A DNA stretch of 63,313 nucleotides, counting the filler, from Nemertoderma westbladi (lineage: Eukaryota > Animalia > Xenacoelomorpha), in NCBI GenBank assembly GCA_032718475.1. It is 3 parts of 3 records of this genome, joined end to end, with 100 filler letters (N's around TTAATTAATTAA, not from the genome) between each part and the next. Parts side by side here need not be neighbours in the genome. Positions count along the whole stretch, not along the records: positions 1 to 17,856 come from JAUCBJ010002190.1; 2 more parts are not named here. One strand, 5' to 3'. The position numbers and the translations under genes were made by a program. Below, piece after piece: positions 1 through 10,408 of the stretch. How positions within the stretch are numbered: position 1 is the first letter of the stretch; each line of letters begins with the position of its first letter. The notes beneath the pieces are model-generated. The model saw only the letters and a list, made by a program, of their open reading frames with translations, was not told the DNA's origin and did not search any database.

Positions 1-962
1 TGACAATAATGTTATAAAACAAAAAACCTCAAGATAATAGCCATTAACATTGTCAAATAAATGGTCAAAAAGTGGGTACCCATAACATAGTAGTACCCTT
101 AAAATAGTATTACTTTGTCAATAGATATCTAATCTCTATATTTTATATGTAAGATACTTTTCAAGTAAATAAAATGATCATGGGGACCTCAAGAGCTTTA
201 CCGTAGTTAACCACAATTTTATATTTTACTATATTATTAAATTTGAAAAATAGCGACAAAGGCGACGAAAAGAGCGACTGACGGCAACCTGCATTATAAA
301 ATACATTATAAATTTCTCAAACTCAAAATATATGAACTCACAACCAACATCATTACAAAGTTTGTCCTTGCTAGTAGTAATTCTGTAAGTTAAAATATAT
401 AAACGGTCCAGAATAATGTATCAACTTTCAGAGGAAACGGAGGGTTAAGAATGCCATCATAATATCGAATAATAAGTTGGCAAATCTTGACGTACAATAA
501 GTAGATCAATTCTTTACCAAAATAGGTTAGCTATAAAGCCAAAATTTGTCACTAGCTAACGTTCTAGAACATTTAAACTCTAGTAATTTTATAGGGCTGG
601 TGTGGAGGCACAAAAAATTAAATTAAATATTTATTCAAATTTTCAAGATTTGTTTGATTTTTCGATTTACATGAAATTTCTATTGTGTCTACTACAGTAT
701 GTAATTTATTCCCTCAAGTTAGCTAGTAAAATCCTGCAGTATGACCCATAGACCCATAGGGCCCAACAAGCCAACAATTTTTGGGGTATCAGTGGAGTAA
801 AAAGTGAACCCTGAATGAAACCTAGCGAATCCGGAATTCATTTGGGGGTGTGGGGTGGGGTGGTCTAAAATAAACCTTGCCTATAGAGTAGTTATCCTTA
901 CCAAGGTTGATCTTACAAAGGTACCGGTAGATAAAGTCGCGATTGTGACTATTTTTCGGAAT

Positions 963-3158
963 ATGAGTTTTTGGGGTATTTATCTAAATATTGTCTGTCT
1001 GGTGGCGACAACAGTGGGAGTACCTTTTGAAAAGCACGTAGAAGATTATTTCAAAGTGTGTGACCGTAAAAAGTTGGAAACATTTGTGGTGTGTCTGGAG
1101 GATAATGGTACATGGAGTAAAGTAAGTCACTTCAAAATAGACTACTCCACCATCGAACATCAACTTACGAATGTTAGAGAGACAGAAACAGAGATAGAAC
1201 TTAGCAACACGGTAAGGGACATGTACGTTGAACACAATAAAGGGAATTCCGTTATTCGAAAGGGTTACAAATACGCCTTTGTAATGCAATACAATGATAA
1301 CTATTTGAAGGATTGTTACAACCACGGACGGCCTATGACAGCGTGGTTTAAGCAAGGAGAACTAAGACTAACAATAGTAGAAGAAGGAGCGGCTAATTAC
1401 AATAATAATAATAAACCGATAGGAGCCTTCAAATCCTGGACCGTTGATCTCATTATGATGGACAATCGTTCTATGTTTGGAGATTATGACGAGAAAGCTC
1501 CAGCCCTAACGAAACCAGTTTGGGTGGCCCCGCTACCAATTCACGGTAAAGTTAAGCTAAACGTTCTACTTCATGACACCAACGGTTTCATAAAGACCCC
1601 CGTCAGAATCTCATTAACTCATGGATTCGAAACGCCCGATAAGAGCGGAGCCGAAGAAGACAAACTAGATGCGCTGAAGACACATCCGCAACGGAGGGTT
1701 CGTATAGTCGGACCTTACGTTCGTTCTCTAGCAGGTCGTCGGATTCACAGCATTCGCTCATTGCTCTTCTATCAGGTTGTCGCTTTCGAGATTCATACGG
1801 CAGTCTCCAATTTCGTATTGTACGTTAACTCCACTCCCGACCATGACAGGCACATGAATTTACCCCCAAGGAATTTGTACACTTTCGCGACTCGGAAGAA
1901 TTTGCAAATGGAGAATGAAGATCAGCTTCGCAGCCCAAAAAAGGTGTTGCCGTATATCGATATGCTTGCGGAATGGAGGGATACATACAAACCGTGGGAT
2001 CTCTATTTGCACTACTACTATTCGATGAGCGAACGCAATCGATCTTGGGAAATCAACACGATTTACTACAACACCTTCAATGATTTCACAGAGACATGGA
2101 GCGGTCGTCTCTACCAGGCTGGTTCAGGTTCCAATTACAGGACAGATGATTTCCCCACCACTATATTTATGGATAAAAGAGAGGAATTTATTTTCCATTT
2201 GGAATTGGACTGCTGCGTAAGTGCGATAGATTTCACTACTGATGAAAATGCTATTAATGTAACCCTTCAGGACCAGGGTCAGAAATGCTCAAAAACCGTT
2301 ACACTCCAAGAGAAAGGCATTCAAAAGAAAACTCCGACTCAAGTAACACTAGAGCTTAAGCTTAAAGATCCTAATGATTGCACAAAAATGGTGAATGTTA
2401 GGTCCAATATTATAATTGGATGCAACGTATATTCAAAGTTACGATTTTATCAGCATTACACAGAAATTGAATACAGAAAGGAAGGCCACCGAAAAGTTGA
2501 TTGCAAAATGAATGACATTCCTTGTTATTTCTACGAATACAAATTCGATCCGAAATTTATTCTTGTAGATGAAGTCCGTGGAGGGGCAACTGATTACTTG
2601 GGAAAAGTGAAACTCAGAGTAATCGCAGGGGGGATGAAACTCGATGAAATAGTGGCGTACAGTGAGTCGGAGCAGATTCAATACAACCCGGGTGAAGATG
2701 AAAGATCGAAGAATGGTAGGATATGGGAGTCCGCAGTAAATCTGAGAGGAAACGACACATGCGAAGAATGCAAGAACGAACCTTATGGTCCGATTAGATG
2801 GCGGTGTGCTTCTGATTCCCCGTGCTTCGACCCGGTAGCGGATTGGATCGGTTCGCCGAGTATATTCCTCGTTTTCGAGGCGACCACGGTTATCGGAGAC
2901 AACGACACATATTGCCACAACTTTAAGACCGAGTTCACCGTGCGCGTCGCCAACCTCCCCTTGGGCTACATGTACACCAGTCTAATAGTCACTTTTGTTT
3001 CGTACGGCGCATGCTGGCTTATCGTTTTCATCGTTATTAAGTGTCAGAAATGGCAACTAAGCCAAAGGGGTGACTCTGCTACAAGAACTGGTTGGGCTAG
3101 TGGACAGCGACGACATAGTAAACAGGGTTCTGGTAGTACCGGGGAATTGGCATTTTGA
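963..3158 (+). CDS. CATSPERG: CatSper auxiliary subunit gamma-like, single exon, 731 aa
   Basis: First ATG at 963 (the ORF-track start at 855 is GTG) gives a signal-peptide-like MSFWGIYLNIVCLVATTVG. Motifs resemble CATSPERG as recalled: WVAPLPIHGKV, FPTTIFMDK, IIGC, DIPCYFYEYKFDPKFILVDEVRG, LRVIAGG..YSESEQIQYN, IRWRCASDSPCFD, DTYC..F.VRVANLPL. One C-terminal TM helix and a short basic tail. Confidence 0.85.
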   Translation: MSFWGIYLNIVCLVATTVGVPFEKHVEDYFKVCDRKKLETFVVCLEDNGTWSKVSHFKIDYSTIEHQLTNVRETETEIELSNTVRDMYVEHNKGNSVIRKGYKYAFVMQYNDNYLKDCYNHGRPMTAWFKQGELRLTIVEEGAANYNNNNKPIGAFKSWTVDLIMMDNRSMFGDYDEKAPALTKPVWVAPLPIHGKVKLNVLLHDTNGFIKTPVRISLTHGFETPDKSGAEEDKLDALKTHPQRRVRIVGPYVRSLAGRRIHSIRSLLFYQVVAFEIHTAVSNFVLYVNSTPDHDRHMNLPPRNLYTFATRKNLQMENEDQLRSPKKVLPYIDMLAEWRDTYKPWDLYLHYYYSMSERNRSWEINTIYYNTFNDFTETWSGRLYQAGSGSNYRTDDFPTTIFMDKREEFIFHLELDCCVSAIDFTTDENAINVTLQDQGQKCSKTVTLQEKGIQKKTPTQVTLELKLKDPNDCTKMVNVRSNIIIGCNVYSKLRFYQHYTEIEYRKEGHRKVDCKMNDIPCYFYEYKFDPKFILVDEVRGGATDYLGKVKLRVIAGGMKLDEIVAYSESEQIQYNPGEDERSKNGRIWESAVNLRGNDTCEECKNEPYGPIRWRCASDSPCFDPVADWIGSPSIFLVFEATTVIGDNDTYCHNFKTEFTVRVANLPLGYMYTSLIVTFVSYGACWLIVFIVIKCQKWQLSQRGDSATRTGWASGQRRHSKQGSGSTGELAF

Positions 3159-4039
3159 GATAAACCATCATTAGAATAGGAAACATGGTTAATTAATCCA
3201 TAATTGGTATACCTACTAATATATATTTCGGATATCGTTATCAATATCAAATATTATCAACTATTAATTAATTAATTAAAATGGAAATAATATGATTATA
3301 TTTACCATACCATGTGATATCAACTCACAGGCCTGGTGTTTGTTGTTAGAGGAACCCTATGCTATAATTCTTCAGCATTTTAACCCAGATGTTAATGGCA
3401 AAAAATACACCCTTCTGCTATTAGCAAAGCAGAATACTGAACAAAGGAACATAAAAATTTACAACGCGCAGTTATATAGCGTATTTAAAGTTTATATCAC
3501 GATGAGAAAGTTGATAAACAGTCGACGGAAAATATAGTTCGACAATATGACTTGTCGATAATAATGAATAGGCCTAGATAGTTAAAGTTCGTGTTTCATT
3601 CACATATATTGCGCGCAGTCGGGAAAATTGGTTAATATAGGAAGATAAGTTTCATTTTTGCAAAATTAAAGATAACATAGTATACATTTGTGAAGACATC
3701 ATAAAAATAGTAACCTATAGGTTAGAATGCCTCTATATTTGCCATGGCAAGGAAGTGTCACTTTACTATATAGTCGGCTAGATAAATTGGAACCTTACAC
3801 CAAGTGGTCTTAGTATCCATTGATTAACAACTCAATTATATTTTTACCGCCTTATCTAAAATTTATAAGTTACTTATATAACCTATTAAATAAATAAACT
3901 TAAGCATCAAATCACTATTAATAAACGGGCATCAAATCTCTATTTTTTCGCAACCTTCGGTTAAGCCTCAGAATATAATCAATACAATAATTGACATTGT
4001 ACAATAAGTGACAAAAGTCTACTAGTAAAGGGCTGGTTA

Positions 4040-4225
4040 AATGCATCCACATCAAATCCGCATGGGAATTCCCCCATCAGATCCACATAAAAACCCCTCA
4101 TGGGGAAACCAACATTGGATCCACATGTGGATCACATATAAAGGGTATTACATATCTACATGTGTATCACATGTGGATTAAAGGTGGACACCCCATGTGG
4201 ATCACATGTGGATTTTTGACTGGGT
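4040..4225. repeat. Cluster of ATCCACATGTG-type palindromic motifs, possible transposon subterminal region
   Basis: Repeated (at)ccacat/atgtgga motifs ending in tttttgactggg; no partner end found. Confidence 0.3.
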
Positions 4226-4462
4226 AACTGTGTTGTTAGCATAAATAATAACCTAAATCATTGTTATCTGATTATTCTAGAACCATCCAGCTGCCACCCA
4301 ATCGCGACTACGTAGCCGATCGTAATTAATTTTTAAGTAATGTAGTAATGGTCGTCGCTCTAATAGTCGGTTTGGCTAGAAGATGAGTCAATCACGTCTA
4401 TGAAAATGTACTAAAAATTATAATTTTAGTTCTTAAATGGCATAAATGGGAGTTCCTCTCAC

Positions 4463-4639
4463 CTCTGATCTTTAACCAAATAAAGTTCATTGGTTTCTCT
4501 TTGAGATTCAATGCATATCGATAATGTCTGCGAATCAACCGGGAATTCTTGAAGTTCCATATTTTCAAAGAAATTCCCAGTAAATTTCCATCTCAGGGTC
4601 ACGATGGGATCTCTTTCCTTGGGAAAATCTACGTCATAC
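4463..4639 (-). CDS. Cys-less pLGIC exon 4 (YDVDFPK...FFENMELQEFPVDSQTLSICIES...LVKDQ)
   Basis: Acceptor ttacattccag, donor AG|gtgaga, phase 2-2. Contains the Pro-loop signature M.L..FP.D.Q.L with no cysteines at the Cys-loop disulfide positions. Confidence 0.88.
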
Positions 4640-4684
4640 CTGGAATGTAAGATGGTGGTTATACCACTGGTGGGTTAATGGACA

Positions 4685-5725
4685 GTAACAACCACATACT
4701 AAAGGCTGTAACAACCACATACTCAAGGCTGTAACAACCACATACTCAAGGCTGTACCAACCACATACTCAAGGATGTATCAACCACATACTCAAGGCTT
4801 TAACAACCACATACTCAAGGCTGTAACAACCACATACTCAAGGCTGTAACAACCACATACTCAAGGCTGTAACAACCACATACTCAAGGATGCATCAACC
4901 ACATACTCAAGGCTGTAGCAACCACATACTCAAGGCTGTAACAACCACATACTCAAGGCTGTAACAACCACATACTCAAGGCTGTAACAACCACATACTC
5001 AAGGATGCATCAACCACATACTCAAGGCTGTAGCAACCACATATTCAAGGCTGTAACAACCACATACTCAAGGCTGTAACAACCAAATACTCAAGGCTGT
5101 AACAACCACATACTCAAGGCTGTAACAACCACATACTCAAGGATGCATCAACCACATACTCAAGGCTGTAGCAACCACATACTCAAGGCTGTAACAACCA
5201 CATACTCAAGGCTGTAACAACCACATACTCAAGGCTGTAACAACCACATACTCAAGGATGCATCAACCACATACTCAAGGCTGTAGCAACCACATACTCA
5301 AGGCTGTACCAACCACATACTCAATGCTGTACCAACCACATACTCAAGGCTGTACCAACCACATACTCAAGGCTGTAACAACCACATACTCAAGGCTGTA
5401 ACAACCACATACTCAAGGCTGTAACAACCACATAGTCAAGGCTGTAACAACCACATACTCAAGGCTGTAGCAACCACATACTCAAGGCTGTAACAACCAC
5501 ATACTCAAGGCTGCAACAACCACATACTCAAGGCTGTACCAACCACATACTCAAGGATGTATCAACCACATACTCAAGGCTTTAACAACCACATACTCAA
5601 GGCTGTAACAACCACATACTCAAGGCTGTAACAACCACATACTCAAGGCTGTACCAACCACATACTCAAGGATGTATCAACCACATACTCAAGGCTTTAA
5701 CAACCACATACTCAAGGCTGTAACA
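4685..5725. repeat. 23-bp minisatellite (GTAACAACCACATACTCAAGGCT), about 45 copies, intronic
   Basis: Period of 23 read directly (4685, 4708, ...). Confidence 0.97.
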
Positions 5726-5898
5726 CTTCAGACTACTTCCGACTACTTCAAACTGTAAAAGCCGCCTCTTAAAGACTGTTTATACTATGTTATTTTACAA
5801 AACATAAAAAAAACTAAAAAAACATTTACCGCATTGAATACTCTAAAGTAACACAAATCTACTGTTTCATCTAATTAAATCTGTTGATTCTCCCATAC

Positions 5899-6030
5899 CA
5901 ATATTTTTCATTAGCTATAGTTCCGTTAACATTAACAACTTCCAATCGCGGCTCCCACATTTGGGTCCAATCAATTTTCTTAACTCTCGCTGGCCTGATG
6001 TATTTCAAAGCAGGTTCTCTCCATTTAGCC
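5899..6030 (-). CDS. Cys-less pLGIC exon 3 (AKWREPAL...IDWTQMWEPRLEVVNVNGTIANEKYW)
   Basis: Acceptor ttcatttcag, donor TG|gtatgg, phase 2-2. Contains W.EP.L and loop-A-type W.P.L...N motifs. Confidence 0.85.
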
Positions 6031-6297
6031 CTGAAATGAAATAACTGAAATTTAACCATTTTATAAAAGATACAACACATGAAAATAACTGCACGGAATT
6101 GCCTTACCGGTAAGTAATTTCCAGATAGTGGGGGGGTGGGGGGGGGGGGGGGGTGGCATTGTCGGGGTCGATATTGAACCCCGCATGGAATCTCTCTCTA
6201 CCCATTTAGGTTCTTTTTGGTACTACCATTTAGGTATTTTTGTTACTACCTTTTAGGCGCTTTTTGGCACTACCATTTAGATACTTTTTGTTACTAC

Positions 6298-7601
6298 TAG
6301 GATCGGCATGCTGCATTGCAGATGCATTTTTAAGAATGCTGTGCCGGCTTATCGATAAAATTGCACCGCCACAACTCCCTATCACCCATGACATTTGCTA
6401 GATCATCCGCATCTTCAAGGCCAGTGTCCTTTAAGATGCGTATCAAGAAAGTCATGGGCTGTCCACCATGCTTATTCACTCCATGAGGCTGCCAAAGTAC
6501 AAGATTATGCACTGGCTGGTCCTCACGGCGAAAGCAATGTCCTGCAAAGCGGAGGCGATTTTGTTCTAGTGTCAAGCTTGGGTGAAACAATGAGACACCT
6601 CCAATGTTATATAGTGTCTGGTTGGAGATGTGTGCATTGTACTTGACACAATGAACCCGGCGTAGCATTCTTGTGAATGTGCCATCCAGAGATTTGGTGT
6701 CCTCAGCAGTTAGAGCCCAGCATGGACTCCCATAGAGGAGTACTGGAACTACTGCTGCTCTAAATAATCGGACATTAAGTTTCCGATTAATTCTCGTTGA
6801 CTTCCAAATCCTGGAAAGCCTATTCAAGGCTGCCCATGCCTTTCCCTAACGTATTCGAAGGTCCTCACCTGACTTCCGGATCCATGATCCCAGGTAACAG
6901 AAGTCATCCACATGCTCAAGCATACCATCTTTTGAGCTTATGCTCATCCGATCAGAGACTTGCTGAGGATTTTTAAAGTTAATTGTCAAAATGTTGGTCT
7001 TTCTGGAGTTAATAAAAAGACCAACACTAGAAGCAGCATGTTCTAATGAGCTGAGGAGCCGTTTGGCTCCCTCTAGTGATTCTGAGAGTACTCCTACGTC
7101 ATCAGAAAAGTCTAGATCAGTTAGGTACTTGGCAGGATTTCCTCGACTTCTGGAGCCAGTAGGTGGAGATATCATCACCCCATCATCATTATGATGATCT
7201 AAGGACATGCGTAGAACATAGTCAACTACAATTATGAACAAGAATGGTGCAAGTGTGTCTCCCTGGAGGACGCCCCATAACACTTAAATGGTTCTGTGTC
7301 ACCATCAACAGTAGACACAAATGTTGTCGAACCATCGTATACTGATCTGATTGCTGCAATAATTTCATCAGGAATCCCATATAATGAAAGTATGCTGAAC
7401 ATACGTGAGCGAGAGACTGAATCAAAGGCCTTGAAGAAGTCAACAAAGATAACAGCCAGATGTCTGTCTTTCTTTTTTGATAACTCTTCAATTTATCCTT
7501 CTAAGTGCCAAAATGGGCTCCATGGTCCCACGACCTTTACGGAACCCATTCTGATTTCCACGGAGCAGTCTCTCAATGGGATCCCTGATGCGATTTAATA
7601 G
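6298..7601 (-). mobile_element. 5'-truncated RTE-clade non-LTR retrotransposon (RT and C-terminus, disrupted)
   Basis: GVLQGDTLAPFLF, DLDFSDD, FCYLGS, LLYGS..W, RLRFAGHC motifs; short TAG tail; 15-bp TSD ACTTTTTGTTACTAC at 6283-6297 and 7602-7616. Confidence 0.92.
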
Positions 7602-7856
7602 ACTTTTTGTTACTACCATTTAGTTAAACCGCTAATTTCGTTTATTAACCAAAAATCTCTAAAAACCCCACCACCAGAACAACCTATCAAATGCAATATA
7701 AATAACAGACAGACAATTAAAATTTGACGTGGAAAATTTAAACTCTAAAACATATCGTCCAACCTATAGACCTACATCTACACCCAACCAACCGGCCACC
7801 CACCTGACTACGGCTCTGTGAAGGTAGGCCGGCCCCATCCTCCAGTCCCAGGCAGC

Positions 7857-8347
7857 TACCATTTAGGTACTTTTTGGTTCTACCATTTAGGTACTTTTTG
7901 GTACTACCATTTAGGTACTTTTTGGTACTACCATTTAGGTTCTATTTCTTACTACCATTTAGGTACTTTTTGGTACTACCATTTAGATATTTTTTGTTAC
8001 TACCATTTAGGTACTTTTTGGTACTGCAATTTAGGTACTTTTTTTTTTTTTTTGTTTTTTTTTTTTTTTTTTTTTTTGTATCAACTATGTTATTATACTA
8101 TCATTCTCACCCAAAAAAAAAAAAAAAGTACCTAAATTGTAGTACCAAAAAGTACCTAAATGGTAGTACCAAAAAGTACCTAAATAGTAGTTACCAAAAA
8201 GTACCTAAATGGTAGTACCAAAAATACCTAAATGGTAGTACCAAAACGTATCTAAATGGTAGTACCAAAAAGTACCTAAATGGTAGTACCAAAAAGTACC
8301 TAAATTGCAGTACCAAAAAGTACCTAAATTGCAGTACCAAAAAGTAC
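7857..8347. repeat. Foldback-like inverted array of 24-bp units (TACCATTTAGGTACTTTTTGGTAC)
   Basis: About 8 units on +, then poly(T), a short spacer, poly(A), then about 10 units in reverse complement. The same unit occurs at 6200-6297. Confidence 0.9.
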
Positions 8348-8536
8348 TACCATTTACTTTGTGATACGGGAACTTCCAACTTTGAGATTTGTCGGAATGG
8401 CACTAACTTTCCCAATTTTAGAAAAAGATTGAATTGCTGAATTACAGTATGTTGCGGCTCCCCATCCTAATTGAAACGATTATCTCTATCTGCCTCACGA
8501 AAGACACGAACTTTACACTGCATTAAATGGACTAAC

Positions 8537-8679
8537 CGGAGAAATACTTCGCAATCAAAGCATTGCTTGGCAGTATTGATGTCGCCAATAGTTAGGAATA
8601 CAACCTTTATCTGAACCTTCACGTTATCTTTTCTGCTAAAACTCTTTGTTTGAATTCCAGTGCAGTCTTCATCGGGAAA
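8537..8679 (-). CDS. Cys-less pLGIC exon 2 (FPDEDC...VKVQIKVVFLTIGDINTAKQCFDCEVFLR)
   Basis: Acceptor cttcttttag, donor CG|gttagt. Translation fits the beta1-beta2 region of pentameric ligand-gated channel extracellular domains. Confidence 0.85.
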
Positions 8680-9015
8680 CTAAAAGAAGGTAAGATATAA
8701 TAACGTGAGTTATTACTTAACTCATTAATCACAATGTTAAATATTATTATTATTATTTGTTTTCAATTTGAATACAATGTATTAATTATTATATTGTCAC
8801 CCATCGCAAATGGATTATTTCAATAGAGGTAAAGTGGTGAAAGTGAAAGTAAATTAGTTTTCCTCACATGGATTAAGTGATTTTATAGTCATAAATTGCT
8901 CGGTTTTTTAATTCGGAGATACGAAGTGGATATTCACCGAATTTGTTTTTCCGAAATTGCCACTACAGAATAAATACGGCAAGAGGAAGACGAACTCTCA
9001 ATATCTCATTCTCAC

Positions 9016-9126
9016 CTTGAACAGAGCAGGAAGTTCATCATGAAGTAAAGTTCGGTTTTCACTGATGGAGCGATTCAAGTCTTGGATACAGGATATAAGC
9101 CCATCAAATGTATCTCCTCCAAACAT
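9016..9126 (-). CDS. Cys-less pLGIC, first visible coding exon (MFGGDTFDG...LPALFK)
   Basis: ATG at 9126, 37 codons, donor AAG|gtgaga in phase 0, matching the next exon. An upstream acceptor (tctacag) leaves the frame open, so it could be an internal exon. Confidence 0.6.
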
Positions 9127-10408
9127 GATGTTTAAATTACAGTAACTGTAGATAAAAAGATAATTTTTGTTGACAAATAATTAGACACTATAAAGATTAT
9201 TTGTACTTACACAATGATTTTGTATATTATAAAACTCTTATAAAATAAAACCGTATGGTAGTAAAAAGTGGTAGACAGGTAGTTAAAGTGTAATATATTA
9301 TTACACAAACTGAAATATCTCATAACTACAGTATATAAAGGGTTGTACAGTAACTGTAGGCCTACAGTATAGCCATATTACTCTAGACGCTCAAACAAGT
9401 TGAGTAGGTCTACAGGTATGCACTTTAATGTACCTTCAGTTTAATTTGATTTGAGTTAAAGCTGGAATTAAGTAAACAAGATTGTCACTCTTTCGGAATC
9501 TTGAGACTTGGCGTTTGGCAGAAATATACAATTTACGTAGCAACCGTCCAAACGCAAATACTTAAAAAAAAAAGTGGTTCATTACAAAATGTCCGTCTAA
9601 GTTTAAATTTAGTTAATAAATATTTACTCGCCATATATTAAAAATAAAAAAAGTGTATTTGTTTAATGAAAAAAAATATTTAATGTGGAAGAAAAAATGT
9701 TTAATGAAAAAATGTTTATTTTCCAGTATTCAATATCACAATCCGATATTGAGCTCAAAGGAAAAGGACTAAACCTTTTATTTGTAATATTAGAAGTACC
9801 GATACTATTTAGTAAAGAGGTTTATTAGGTACCTGTATTACAGTATGCATACGGTACTTAGCTACAATATTATACATCATACAAATAACATTTAATGGCA
9901 ATGAATTTTACTTGTCACATCAGCCAAATTGATCCTAGTATTATTGCGAGGCATTTGGCAAGGGTTAGCCGTAAAGGGTTTTACTACTTTAAACTTCAAC
10001 ACGTCAGAATGCAGAGGCCAATTCATAGGGATTTATGTTGGGATTGTATGCGACCCCCTCCCCCCTGTATGCTTATCGCTGCTTTAAATGCGGTCGTTTT
10101 TTGTTGTTTTTAATGACATTTGTTGACTGTGAACTGTAACTATGTACGTGGTAGGTCTTTACTGTTAGAGTAGAATGCTGATTTTAACGCAAAAACCTCA
10201 AATACACTATAACTGAGTGTAGGCCTATCCTTTAAAGTGTTTTTTTAATGCTTATAATGTTGCCAATAGATATTTGAATATCATTTGTATCAATGGTTGA
10301 TATGCTAGTCCGCTAGTCATTAGGTACATATAGTAGTTAGGCCTGTAGGCATTTGATATCATACTGTATAACAAATTCCTAACAAAACAAGCGCGAAATC
10401 GCTCAAAT

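Noticed and set aside
342-382. Candidate next pLGIC exon (ttacag...gtgagt on the minus strand)
   Set aside because: Good splice signals, but the phase-compatible translation (ITTSKDKLCNDVG) shows no pLGIC similarity.
855-962. N-terminal extension of the CatSper-gamma ORF
   Set aside because: Starts at GTG; the ATG at 963 gives a proper signal peptide.
984-2918. Antisense ORFs over CatSper-gamma (and similar ones over TMCO1, the transposase and gag-pol)
   Set aside because: Shadow ORFs of real coding sequence with no independent motifs.
7818-8215. Repetitive ORFs (YYHLGTFW / VLPFRYFL)
   Set aside because: Translations of the 24-bp repeat and poly(T) tract.
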